This document shows positions 54,672-64,000 of a stretch of 64,000 nt of DNA, piece by piece (position 1 is the stretch's first letter; every line of letters starts with the position of its first letter). The stretch is from a virus (taxonomy: Duplodnaviria > Caudoviricetes). The stretch covers positions 64,001 through 128,000 of IMG/VR virus record IMGVR_UViG_3300043427_003220, one strand, 5' to 3'. Position numbers and translations under genes: made by a program. The notes under the pieces were generated by a model. It saw only the letters and a list, made by a program, of their open reading frames with translations. It had not been told where the DNA came from and ran no database searches.

Positions 54672-55634
54672 TTACCGGAACACTGCATCAAGAGCGTCGT
54701 CAATTGACGATGGGGCTGCTGCTTTTGGCGCAGTTGGCTTAGGCTGCGGAGCGGGAGTAGGAGTAGACATCATAGCGGGGACATCAACTTCTTCATTGGT
54801 TGGTGTTGAAGCTGCATTGCTACGACGCTCTGGAGTTTTGCCAGCAGAAAGATACTCTTGTACCTCTCCTACAGTCCACATATAGTTGGAAGCAATCTCA
54901 ATAACGTCTGGCAAGTCAGACTCTTTAAGGCTCTTAAGAGCTTGCGATGGCTCTGCCTTAAAGACAGCCAAAACAGGGTCGTCAAGGCCCTCGACTTTCT
55001 GCTCTGTTCTGTAAAGGTCTACAGAATATTCTGTGTTCAATCCTGAACCAGTACGGGAAATGCGCAGCCAACCCGTAGGAGCCATGGTATTAAACAAGTT
55101 GGTGCCTTTACGGCGCAGGGTCTGATACAAGCCTTCTTGAGCTGGCTTGTCACCGTAAGCTTCTGTGCCAAACAAAATCTTAATGACAGTCTCTGGAACT
55201 TCGAGCGCTTCGACCTTGTCTGAGCCCAAGACGTTTACAAGAAGAACGCCCCTGCGTGTTGGTCTGTGAATTCTTGCCTGCGCGTCAAGCTCTTTGTATT
55301 CGGCGCTTTCTTTGTTTTTAATTTCTTTTTGTTTCTTCTTCAGCTCCATAAACAGCTCAAACTGTGGGTCTTTTTGACCTTGAACTTGGAGTGATGGGCG
55401 TGTCCAGTTAGCCATGGTGCCGTCTGGCATCTTTCTCTTATAGGTGAACTTATTGAATCCATAATAAAAGGCGGGATTTCCTCCTCCATCCTTCATATAG
55501 ACAATAGGAATGATTTTGCAGATAAGTGGCTTGCCTTCTGGTACAGTGAGCGCCTTGGGGCGGCCACCAGCAGCAGAGCCAGATTTTGCAGTTTCAGGAA
55601 GAGCATCAGGATTAAAGTTATCAAGAAATGACAT
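54672..55634 (-). CDS. gp32-like single-stranded DNA-binding protein
   Basis: GWLRISRTGSGLNTEYSV, Pro/Ala linker, acidic tail IDDALDAVFR. Confidence 0.72.
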   Translation of the reverse strand: MSFLDNFNPDALPETAKSGSAAGGRPKALTVPEGKPLICKIIPIVYMKDGGGNPAFYYGFNKFTYKRKMPDGTMANWTRPSLQVQGQKDPQFELFMELKKKQKEIKNKESAEYKELDAQARIHRPTRRGVLLVNVLGSDKVEALEVPETVIKILFGTEAYGDKPAQEGLYQTLRRKGTNLFNTMAPTGWLRISRTGSGLNTEYSVDLYRTEQKVEGLDDPVLAVFKAEPSQALKSLKESDLPDVIEIASNYMWTVGEVQEYLSAGKTPERRSNAASTPTNEEVDVPAMMSTPTPAPQPKPTAPKAAAPSSIDDALDAVFR

Positions 55635-55649
55635 AGTAGGTACCTCCAA

Positions 55650-56300
55650 TTAAACATGCTTAGCAATAAATTCAAAAGAAGTGTCAGCGTTCTCCGCTGT
55701 CACAATAAAAGTATCGTCAAAAGTGAGATTATCTTTAGGTGAATCAGAAATAAGTAGTAATTTTGAAGACATATTTTTTAGTGTAGAATAATATTCTTCA
55801 GAAATGTCGTGAACTACCGTGAAGTACACCTTTGTGTCTGTACGCTGAGTATCAAACATACAGCTCAGGGTTGTTCCGTCTTGGCAGCTAACCAAATAAT
55901 CTAAAATGCGTGCATAGTCATAAGGCTCCTTTACTACTAAATCAGTTCCATTGTAAGATTTAACAGGGTCATCCGATACCCTGCAGACCTCGTTAAAGTG
56001 AATCATAATTTCTTGCAGCAAAAGAAGAGATACAGACTCAGACAACTCCATGATGTCGCCTACAGCTGGCAATCTGTGAGAATAGCCCTCTTCTCTTAAA
56101 TAATTAACAGCGTCCATAACAAACAAACCATGCCACGGCATATACTTAGCCTGAGCCTCTAACAATGCGTGGACTGTATCTACAAATATGCTGTTGTCTT
56201 TGGACATCAACACAACCCACACTGGCACTGGAGTGTGTTTACTGTAGATAGTTGACTGTTTGTCTTTAAACGCCCAACGGCTTTTTTCTAGTCTTTTCAT
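55650..56300 (-). CDS. Hypothetical protein in replication block
   Basis: ORF length and context only. Confidence 0.65.
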   Translation of the reverse strand: MKRLEKSRWAFKDKQSTIYSKHTPVPVWVVLMSKDNSIFVDTVHALLEAQAKYMPWHGLFVMDAVNYLREEGYSHRLPAVGDIMELSESVSLLLLQEIMIHFNEVCRVSDDPVKSYNGTDLVVKEPYDYARILDYLVSCQDGTTLSCMFDTQRTDTKVYFTVVHDISEEYYSTLKNMSSKLLLISDSPKDNLTFDDTFIVTAENADTSFEFIAKHV

Positions 56301-56853
56301 CTTTTTTGCCTTTCTTTTTTGGAGTCTGTTTCTTGTTTTTAGGTTTTGGCTCTTTCTCTACAATGAATTGTCCGTACTGGTTATACCAATAGCCAATCAA
56401 TAGGGCATCAATGATGCCTTCATGCGGCTTGCTGCTTCTTTCTGTAGCAAGAAAATCCTCTAAAGGGAAGAGTTTTTTTGCAACCTCTAAACTTCTTGCC
56501 TTGGGGTCTTCAAAAGGTGACTCTGAGTCATGTAGTTTTGTTGCCCAAGTCCGAGGAGCGACTAGTGCAATATTATTTACAATTGCAGAGGCTGTGGCAA
56601 ACAACAGTCCAAAGTTATAGCCAGAAGTCCAAGCTGAGCTGACTCCCTCTCCCGGTCTTGGTGCTTGTCTCTCTAAAACAACAACATCTGGCCGATGATT
56701 GACCATAAGCTGGCCAACTTCAACCAGATTGATTGTTGACTTTTTGTTCTTAAGGTTTTTGTCAATTGGCATCCTGCCGCGAGCAACGACTATGAAGCCG
56801 TCTAAAATTGCATAACCACCCGAAATACCGGGGTCAAAAGCCAAAATTCTCAT
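56266..56853 (-). CDS. ruvC: RuvC-like Holliday junction resolvase
   Basis: ILAFDPGISG, VVLE, G.NFG, PRTW, DALLI. Confidence 0.85.
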   Translation of the reverse strand: MRILAFDPGISGGYAILDGFIVVARGRMPIDKNLKNKKSTINLVEVGQLMVNHRPDVVVLERQAPRPGEGVSSAWTSGYNFGLLFATASAIVNNIALVAPRTWATKLHDSESPFEDPKARSLEVAKKLFPLEDFLATERSSKPHEGIIDALLIGYWYNQYGQFIVEKEPKPKNKKQTPKKKGKKDEKTRKKPLGV

Positions 56854-57851
56854 AAGTTATTCCAGTCAATTAAATTATCCGTCTTATTTATAGTAAATTC
56901 TGGCTTCTTTGTCAATGTTCCCGCCTCTTGCATCAACTTATCTATAGCTACGAGTATCTTATCGTTGTGTATTTCGGGGTCTTTAAAGCAATGAAACAGG
57001 GCGTCTGGCCCAGTAATGTGCAGGTTGTCTCCATGGTTGTCGCCGCCCTCTTCTCGACAGCACGGGCAGGCTATTTGTAACTTGCCGCCAATCTCTGTTG
57101 ATAGTCCCAAGTAAGTATTTACATACCAATCTAGCTTTTTGACAATGTCGGCTCTGTTTACTGCTTGCGGCGAAGCTTGAGCATCCTTTTGAAAGATTTG
57201 GTGCCACTTTGTTTGTTTGTATTTTTCCTCGAACGCAGGAGAATATATAAGGTCAAACAATTCTGAATTGTCAATTCTGTCAGATATTTCGACAATTTGC
57301 TGTACTGTGTTAGACCTGATAGAATTCGGAAACCGAGTGAAACGAGCGGGGTCACTACATGCGCGGTCATTTTTCTCTTCGCATAAAAAATGAATCCTAT
57401 AAAAGATGTCTTTGTATTGTAATAAGCCATTGCTTTTAAGCTCTCCTGTATGATGGTATAGAGGTTCTTTTAAAGAAATAATAAAATGATATGATTTGCC
57501 ACCTGAATAAATGCAAGCCGAGTACGGTAAACCAATCTTTTTCATAAATGGAATTTGTTCTTCGAGTGGCAGTTGGTCAAATTCTATAAGAAAATTTCTA
57601 AGAACAAATACGTTTTCAGATGTTTTATTGATATTAAGTTGTTTTGCGGCATTTACGGCAATGTAAGCGCCCCTTTCAAAGCTTCTGTCAATATACTGAA
57701 GGATAGCTTGCTCTTTTGTCATGGAGAAATGTTTTTGGAGCAGATAGTCTGCCGCCCAGACGTACTGCTCGTCTCCGTATAAAAGAGTCATATACTTAAC
57801 GACGGGCATCAATATATCTCTTTTGATGCCGTCTCGTGGGGAATGGCGCAC
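56850..57851 (-). CDS. AEP/RepB-type primase with C-terminal Zn finger
   Basis: LIEFD, SGGKSYH, D..CSDPARFTRFP; CPCC..HC..H. Confidence 0.72.
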   Translation of the reverse strand: MRHSPRDGIKRDILMPVVKYMTLLYGDEQYVWAADYLLQKHFSMTKEQAILQYIDRSFERGAYIAVNAAKQLNINKTSENVFVLRNFLIEFDQLPLEEQIPFMKKIGLPYSACIYSGGKSYHFIISLKEPLYHHTGELKSNGLLQYKDIFYRIHFLCEEKNDRACSDPARFTRFPNSIRSNTVQQIVEISDRIDNSELFDLIYSPAFEEKYKQTKWHQIFQKDAQASPQAVNRADIVKKLDWYVNTYLGLSTEIGGKLQIACPCCREEGGDNHGDNLHITGPDALFHCFKDPEIHNDKILVAIDKLMQEAGTLTKKPEFTINKTDNLIDWNNL

Positions 57852-57864
57852 AAAGCCCCCTTAA

Positions 57865-58866
57865 TCAAAAATTATCGTAATCGTCATTAAAACCCATCGA
57901 ACGCTGTTCTTTCTTTAGTCCACCCGATTCAGCCTTCTTACGTTGTAGTAGCACTTCAACCACCGCATCCGCAAGAGGAATATCATATAACTCATGCCGT
58001 AACACTGCTTCTTTGCTGTAAGCAGGAGTTAGCTTAGTTCCCACAAACAACTGCTTCTCATCGGCAGTTAGTTCTCTATCCATAAACTTTTCTACAAGAA
58101 AAATAATTTCTTCGTCTTTTGGCGGCTCTACTTCACGGACGATGTCAAACCGTCCCGGTCTACTGGTCAAAGTTTTGTTCAATACATCTAGGTAGTTGGT
58201 TGTGGCTACAATCAAAGTAGGGATTTTGAATACATCTGCGTTGCCGTCCAAGAAGTTAAGCATCTCAGAATCAACACGGCCTGCTCTTTCTTCAAGGCCA
58301 GACCCGCCAATATCCTCTATAACCAAAAGAATCAAGCTGGCAGCCGACTCTTGAGCATTTGAGAACATATCAATCAAAGTCTCAAAGCTGACTTGCTGAG
58401 AGTCTACTCTGAGAATGCAAGCCTTGGGCATCTTGATAATTTGGCGGCAAAAGTAGTTGATGAGGCTAGATTTACCAATCCCCGGTTCACTGCCGAACAA
58501 AAACCCTCTTTTGGGGGCAATCTTTCTTTTCTTGTAGATGTCCAGCTTAGACATAAAGACACTGAAGTGCTTCATGAGTTCTCTGGAGGTGTCTGTCTCG
58601 TAATACTGAATCTCTGTCAGTTCCATGGGCTGAAGACCCTCTTCAGGGGTAATACGCCATGCTCCTTCGGTAATCTTATAGGATTCTTTGGTCTTTGGTG
58701 TCTGAATGTCCATATCTAGCAGGTGAGGTTCTGATACCTTAACGACGTTTCCTAACTCATCTACAGACTCAATAGTCCTATTGACAACAAGCTGATAGTT
58801 GCCTAGCTCAACCTGTAAACCTGCCTGTAACTTAGTAATGCTCCGTACTTTGGCTACTTTAGACAT
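57865..58866 (-). CDS. AAA+ ATPase, paralog of 9151..10134
   Basis: KRGFLFGSEPGIGKS, LVIEDI, LNFLDG, TTN, RPGRFD. Confidence 0.88.
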   Translation of the reverse strand: MSKVAKVRSITKLQAGLQVELGNYQLVVNRTIESVDELGNVVKVSEPHLLDMDIQTPKTKESYKITEGAWRITPEEGLQPMELTEIQYYETDTSRELMKHFSVFMSKLDIYKKRKIAPKRGFLFGSEPGIGKSSLINYFCRQIIKMPKACILRVDSQQVSFETLIDMFSNAQESAASLILLVIEDIGGSGLEERAGRVDSEMLNFLDGNADVFKIPTLIVATTNYLDVLNKTLTSRPGRFDIVREVEPPKDEEIIFLVEKFMDRELTADEKQLFVGTKLTPAYSKEAVLRHELYDIPLADAVVEVLLQRKKAESGGLKKEQRSMGFNDDYDNF

Positions 58867-58876
58867 AACGACTCCA

Positions 58877-59149
58877 TTAATAACTAAAAATCAAATCATC
58901 TGCTGTTACATAAGTGTCATTAAAAAATCTGGGTGTTTCTTGGCGCAATCTGGGGTCCAAAACATCGCTGTGCCACACTGCATTATCAGAAGACCTAGTG
59001 ATGGCCGCTACTGCGACAAACGACTTATCGTCATCAATCCAAAAATTAGAAATAGTTAGAATTAGTCTTGGAGCGTCGTCATCGACATAATAGGCATTTT
59101 GCGATGTTTGGTCGAGTCCACCGTTCATATATCTATTTGGACGCATCAT
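58877..59149 (-). CDS. Hypothetical protein
   Basis: SD GGAGGAGG, overlap with helicase stop. Confidence 0.65.
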   Translation of the reverse strand: MMRPNRYMNGGLDQTSQNAYYVDDDAPRLILTISNFWIDDDKSFVAVAAITRSSDNAVWHSDVLDPRLRQETPRFFNDTYVTADDLIFSY

Positions 59150-60165
59150 TCCTCCTCCACGTCTTCTGCCGGAATCAAGACAAAGTTATCATTCATCTGC
59201 CAAGTCGTAATATCTTTGCCGTACTTGTAAGGATAACGAACTTTTTGAATCTTTAGCCAAGTGCGAACTTCATTGTTGGCATTGACCTTCTTAACAAGCA
59301 TAAGACCATGGGTCGCGTGGGTCAACGACTCTTTTGACTTTCTTAGGCAGCTAAACATATCCCACTGAAAGGCCGACCGCCCTGCTGGCGGATACATTTG
59401 CTGAAAGCAGATAACAGGGGCATACTTAGGAGACTTACGGCTGTTGATTCTGAGGCCAAACTGCTGACTCATAGTTTCAATCTTTTTAAAATCTTCAACC
59501 TTGCCCTTGCCTGTATAACCAATATCAGCCATGGCGTTTGACAACTGGTCAACAAAAATTAAGTCTGGATTAAACTCCTGAGCACACCTAAACGTATAGG
59601 TACATAGGGTCAGCCACCCTAATGACAACCCTTGAGAAGACTCGGCATCTTCAATACGAGAATACTGATAGACTCTCTTAAAAGCTTTTTCATAGGACAG
59701 GCCCAACATTGCGGCCAGCTTACGGCTAATTTCATTCCTATAGGCTTCAATAGGCAACTCGTTGGAAATAATCAAGATTCTTCGTCTGTTAGCAATAGCA
59801 TGGGCAGCGGACTGCATACAAAAAGTTGACTTGCCGTTACCTGTAGGAGCACCCACAACGACAAAAGACTTTTTATGCAAAGTAAGTTGAAACTCATCTG
59901 AAAAGAAGGGAATGCGGTCTTCGACCATGTCTTGAAAATCTTTTGCTTCTGACAACGCTTGTTCAACGAGGCGCTCTTTAAAATCCTCTTCCGCTTCTTT
60001 TTGCTGACGTTCAGATTCTGCCAAAATTTCTTTAAGCTGATTTGGATTAACAAGAATATCTTTTTGGGTGTCTCCGGTTTTAATAGAGACACTCCATGGA
60101 GTATCGGCTCCGACATCTCCAAACTGTGGGCTAGACCAATTTTCGTCTTCGTCGTGAGTAACCAC
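59146..60165 (-). CDS. DnaB/SF4-like helicase (RecA-fold domain)
   Basis: GAPTGNGKST, ISNE, IFVDQL, KVR. Confidence 0.72.
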   Translation of the reverse strand: MVTHDEDENWSSPQFGDVGADTPWSVSIKTGDTQKDILVNPNQLKEILAESERQQKEAEEDFKERLVEQALSEAKDFQDMVEDRIPFFSDEFQLTLHKKSFVVVGAPTGNGKSTFCMQSAAHAIANRRRILIISNELPIEAYRNEISRKLAAMLGLSYEKAFKRVYQYSRIEDAESSQGLSLGWLTLCTYTFRCAQEFNPDLIFVDQLSNAMADIGYTGKGKVEDFKKIETMSQQFGLRINSRKSPKYAPVICFQQMYPPAGRSAFQWDMFSCLRKSKESLTHATHGLMLVKKVNANNEVRTWLKIQKVRYPYKYGKDITTWQMNDNFVLIPAEDVEEE

Positions 60166-60191
60166 AAAAACCTCAACTTAAAGTTGCCATC

Positions 60192-60218
60192 CTATCGGCA
60201 TCACAAATCATAACTTTA
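60192..60218 (-). promoter_or_regulatory. sigma-28/FliA-type promoter overlapping the dnaE 3' end
   Basis: - strand TAAA-GTTATGATTTGTGAT(15)-GCCGATAG. Confidence 0.7.
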
Positions 60219-63200
60219 GTTCCATTAGCGGAACAATTCTTTTTACATCTGGAAAATGCTTTCCATTCCATAACTTAGGAATCATTAAAACCATAACAAT
60301 TTTCTTTGTTTGTAGATGCTCTTTGTATTTGTCCACCGAAGAGCCAAATACATTGATACCTGTAATCTTATCTGTGCCTGTATCCAAAGTAAAGCTCAAA
60401 TAAGGATTGCCGTTCTTTGAAAGTTTTGTCTCGACGTTAGTAATAATTCCAACAACTCCAGCTAAGATTCTTGGTTCGTTGCCATATGTAATGTATCTTC
60501 TAGCATTTTCAGAGGATTCAACTACTTTTGACCAAGACTCAATAATATCCATACGAGGAGCTTTGATGCCACCCTCTGTGTTTTTAGCGTCTGTAGGCTT
60601 AAATTCAATTGGGCGAGTAAATAGAATATTGTCCTCGCTATCGCCCTCAATAAAACCAAATTTATCAATAATCATCTTCTGAATATCTTGGAGCATGGCT
60701 ACGCTGTAAGAATAGATTGGGTTATTTTCAGCTCGCCACAAAGACAAGGTAAATTCATCTTCAATCATAGACAAGCTGACTGTTTGAGTTCTTTTAAGCT
60801 TTCCGCCCGTTGATTTAGAATTCATAGCATCACGAAGTTGAGTAGCATGAATAATAATATCTTTTGGAGTGTCTGTTTGCGACGGCAAAATTTCTTTAAA
60901 AGCTCCGGCGTATAATAGGTTGATTACGGTTGTAGCCGTAAAACTAATTGCGGCCTTGGCTTTTTTAGAATCAGCCAATGCCAATAAAAAACTGCCCCAC
61001 TGATGGTCTGGGTTAGACATATCAACGTGTCCACGAATAAACTCGCCAACCGCTTTAGCGGCCTCAACGCCGACGCCCTTAATCATAGCTAATGGAGCGC
61101 GAATCTTGTCACCTTCAACAATCCATTCGTGAGAGTGGGAATGCAAAACCGATGGCTGGAGAACATATTCGCGGCACTCAGACAAAAAGGCTAGAATCTT
61201 TTCTTCCTTGCCGCGATTGACTGTTAGCTTGCCAAGCCAATAATAAGCGGGGTAGTAACATTTAATCATTGCTTCAATATAAGCAATTACGCCGTAACTT
61301 GCGCTGTGGCTTTTGTTAAAGCTATAGCGGGCAGTTGCAACAACCGTATCAACCAATCGTTGAGCTTGCTCCTCGTTCCAGCCTCTCTTTAGTGCTGCCT
61401 GCTTAAGGTCATCGCACAGGGCATCCATTAATTTTTTATCTTTTTTGCCCGTAGCGCGACGCCAATCATCAGCTTGTTGGTCATTTAAGCCCAATACAAG
61501 CTTGGCAATAGCCATAAGTTGCTCTTGATAAACAAGAACCCCATATGTTTCTGACAAAATTGGCTCTAACTCAGAATGGACATAATAAGGGTGTTTGCGA
61601 TTGTTAGAACACTCAACATAATAATCAGCAGCAGTAAGAACGCTGCCATCAGGAGCTGGAGCATCAAGAGCACCAGGGCGGCAGAGAGCAATAAGGGCTG
61701 CAAGGTCTTTGACATTTTTTGGAGGAGCTTTTTGAATGAAGGGGGCAACCGCTCCTCCACTAATCTGGAAAATACCTGATATTTTGTTTTGATGAATAAT
61801 ATCGGCAAATACGCGCTCGTCGTGCTCAGGTTGTTTCCACTCAAACGAGACGCCCAAGTTTCTTTTAATTGCTTCAAATGAGTATGACAGGCTTTCAAGA
61901 GTTTTAACACCGAGAAAATCGAATTTAACGCCGCCAACATATTCGACCCATTTCATTGTGTAGGCAGTTGCTAATTGGTCATTTACCTTTGTAATAGGAA
62001 TAACATTTTGAATTGGCACTGGAGTAATGACAACGCCGCCGGCATGGACGCCGCGAGCTTTAGGGATACCTGAACAAGCCAATACGACTTCCCAAATCTC
62101 TTTTTCTTCTTCAATATATTTCTTAAATCTTTCGGCAGCTTGCGTGCCGCTTTCTAAAAAACCTTGTACATGCTCGCTTGTGGATTCGTCTTCATATCCA
62201 AACAAAAAATGAAGGTCAGAAACACCCTGCGGCACAAAAGGCATATCGTCCAGCACATCTTCCGTTGATGAGCGTACCTTGCCAAACATCCACCGCTCGA
62301 CTTCGCGGATAGTCAGCTTGAGGCGCATAGCCACATCCGTTGAAATAAGAGCCATCTTGTCTTGGTATTTAGCTTTGAGATAATCAAGGCAGACTTCGCG
62401 TACCGAAATATCTAAGTCAATATCAGGAAATGAGCCTCCTTTAACGCGGCCTTCGTTCAAGAAGCGCGAGAAGGGCAGCTTCCATTCAATGGGGTCAATA
62501 ATTGAAATACCAATCAGGTAAAGCGCCAATGAACTACAACCAGAACCACGGGGGTTGGCAAGGTAGCCACGCTCACGCATAGCGTTACAGACATCATGTA
62601 CCGTAAAGATGTATGGTAAGAAATCATAACCAAGTTGTGTCAGTACGCGGATTTCCTCTTTAAGGCGGTCTGCATAGATGGCTGCTTTTTCTGGGTCTTT
62701 GGGGAAACGGCCATTCTCAACAATCAACTTCTTAAGATGTTGAACCGATGACGACTCTGTCGATACGTTGTAAACAGACTCCATAGTCGGCAGCAGGTGC
62801 CGAGTCTTACTGGTTTCAAACTTATAATCTTTAAATTGCTCAAAAATCTTGTATGAGTTATCAACCCATTCTTCTATGTCTCTCGACGTAATTTCAGGGA
62901 GTTGTTTTAGCAGTGCTTCTGCCCATACGTCTGGGCTTTCTAATGAATAAGAGCAGCTAAACCGCCAGTTGTCGCCAAGGCGAACATCTTGTACAACTTT
63001 ATGTTCTTTGACAGCAATATGAGCATCCTCTGAGATAACGATAGGGTCTTTGTACTTGCGAGCCATCATAATCATAAACTGATTAGTGGCTTTTTGAAGG
63101 TCAATAGGCAGGCCACACTCATCAAGGTCGTTTGGAACAAACATACCTGACTTAATAATTTCTTTTGATACTTTGTCGTATTCTGGCCTAATCCACTTTT

Positions 63201-63798
63201 GGTCTAGGATATGAGGCATAACTTCTACAAAGAAAGATTCAGGCCCAACAATAGACCTAATCTTTTGATAAATTTGTTCTGCTAGCTCAGGGCTTCCAGA
63301 CTTGAGGGCTTTAGAGACAGCCGAACCATAGCAGCCGCTGCCTAAGACAATCTCGCTTCCAATCTCTTGCAGCTCTTCCCATGTAATCAATGGCTTCATG
63401 TCACCGTACTTGATTAAGGCGCGGTCATGAGCAATGGGAGTTAATGAAGAAAAGTATTCATACGCCTTTTGAGTTTTAAACAGGACTGTCATATGACAGG
63501 TGGCCGGCTCTTCTTTGCCATTTTTGTAAATCTTTGGCGGCTCCCACGGAGACATAAGATATGCCTCGACTCCGTGAATAGGAGTGAGGCCAGCTTTCAT
63601 TGATTCTTCATATAGTTCGGCCAAGCCGCCCATCTGGCCATGGTCAGTCAATGTTGCAGACTTGCGTCCCAACTCCTTTGAGCGTTTGACGAGAGCCTTA
63701 ACTGAAGACCCTCCATCAAGAGATGCCTGAGCACTATGGCAGTGAAAGCACATGCACAGTGGGCGATACTTAGGCAATTTAGGAGTTAGGATTTCCAT
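60208..63798 (-). CDS. dnaE: DNA polymerase III alpha subunit (family C)
   Basis: PHP HCHS..TDHG..GVE; RGSG, PDIDLD, HAGGVV, KFDFLG, YQEQ, FNKSHS, C-terminal OB fold. Confidence 0.95.
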   Translation of the reverse strand: MEILTPKLPKYRPLCMCFHCHSAQASLDGGSSVKALVKRSKELGRKSATLTDHGQMGGLAELYEESMKAGLTPIHGVEAYLMSPWEPPKIYKNGKEEPATCHMTVLFKTQKAYEYFSSLTPIAHDRALIKYGDMKPLITWEELQEIGSEIVLGSGCYGSAVSKALKSGSPELAEQIYQKIRSIVGPESFFVEVMPHILDQKWIRPEYDKVSKEIIKSGMFVPNDLDECGLPIDLQKATNQFMIMMARKYKDPIVISEDAHIAVKEHKVVQDVRLGDNWRFSCSYSLESPDVWAEALLKQLPEITSRDIEEWVDNSYKIFEQFKDYKFETSKTRHLLPTMESVYNVSTESSSVQHLKKLIVENGRFPKDPEKAAIYADRLKEEIRVLTQLGYDFLPYIFTVHDVCNAMRERGYLANPRGSGCSSLALYLIGISIIDPIEWKLPFSRFLNEGRVKGGSFPDIDLDISVREVCLDYLKAKYQDKMALISTDVAMRLKLTIREVERWMFGKVRSSTEDVLDDMPFVPQGVSDLHFLFGYEDESTSEHVQGFLESGTQAAERFKKYIEEEKEIWEVVLACSGIPKARGVHAGGVVITPVPIQNVIPITKVNDQLATAYTMKWVEYVGGVKFDFLGVKTLESLSYSFEAIKRNLGVSFEWKQPEHDERVFADIIHQNKISGIFQISGGAVAPFIQKAPPKNVKDLAALIALCRPGALDAPAPDGSVLTAADYYVECSNNRKHPYYVHSELEPILSETYGVLVYQEQLMAIAKLVLGLNDQQADDWRRATGKKDKKLMDALCDDLKQAALKRGWNEEQAQRLVDTVVATARYSFNKSHSASYGVIAYIEAMIKCYYPAYYWLGKLTVNRGKEEKILAFLSECREYVLQPSVLHSHSHEWIVEGDKIRAPLAMIKGVGVEAAKAVGEFIRGHVDMSNPDHQWGSFLLALADSKKAKAAISFTATTVINLLYAGAFKEILPSQTDTPKDIIIHATQLRDAMNSKSTGGKLKRTQTVSLSMIEDEFTLSLWRAENNPIYSYSVAMLQDIQKMIIDKFGFIEGDSEDNILFTRPIEFKPTDAKNTEGGIKAPRMDIIESWSKVVESSENARRYITYGNEPRILAGVVGIITNVETKLSKNGNPYLSFTLDTGTDKITGINVFGSSVDKYKEHLQTKKIVMVLMIPKLWNGKHFPDVKRIVPLMELKL

Positions 63799-63801
63799 TG
63801 A

Positions 63802-64000
63802 TTACTCTTTATGACTGAGTTTTTGATGAATTCTGCTCATCTTGTCTGCAACTGACTCTTCTGCAATATCGGTGAGGAATTCAACAACCCTGTCCATATC
63901 ATGCGCATGGTATGACATCAAGTGCATTGCAAGATTTTTTACTGCGTCTGAGCAGCTCAAAACCATTGCAACATCTTCCAACTGTTCGCCAGTCACTGGA
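63802..64000 (-). CDS. 5'-partial hypothetical protein
   Basis: Frame runs off the window edge. Confidence 0.55.
   Translation of the reverse strand, partial: PVTGEQLEDVAMVLSCSDAVKNLAMHLMSYHAHDMDRVVEFLTDIAEESVADKMSRIHQKLSHKE

Larger units (their letters stand above)
1..64000. mobile_element. Fragment of a large tailed bacteriophage genome (no integrase or att site seen)
   Basis: Tail-fibre motifs, GH24 lysozyme, phage-type replication block, many short tightly packed hypothetical ORFs, no cellular housekeeping genes. Confidence 0.93.

Noticed and set aside
60208-63798. Intein or intron in dnaE
   Set aside because: Normal length, continuous motifs, no splice-junction signature seen
1-64000. 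Stop-codon reassignment, tRNA/rRNA genes, integrase or IS elements
   Set aside because: Genes tile densely under the standard code and I recognised none by eye; tRNAscan/Infernal not run

Overview
The whole window reads as part of a large tailed dsDNA (jumbo-type) phage genome in the standard code, with no host housekeeping genes. 1-35.5 kb (+ strand) is a virion fibre/adhesin region: Gly-rich proteins, tail-collar and S74-chaperone fibres, three DUF2793-like paralogs, two giant Ala-rich coiled-coil fibres and a cadherin-repeat protein. It is interrupted by an early-gene island (1.75-5.7 kb) carrying a deoxyhypusine-synthase-like gene. 35.7-44.1 kb encodes three polyvalent multidomain proteins (ParB-like, GNAT, ART-like, zincin, Nudix) whose domains are separated by a recurring LxK[SA] linker that is partly repeated at DNA level. 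This is the best candidate for an undescribed system: a shufflable, protease-processed effector polyprotein. 44-64 kb is mostly - strand: small early genes, a + strand lysozyme with a spanin-like partner, two exported ClpP-like proteases, and a replication/recombination block (UvsX/RecA, UvsY-like, SSB, RuvC, primase, DnaB-like, DnaE). Four exactly spaced sigma-28 (FliA)-type promoters precede non-structural genes. An apparently silenced chimeric orphan C-terminus of the Gly-rich protein sits at 13.86-14.02 kb. All product calls come from motif recognition by eye; no searches were run.
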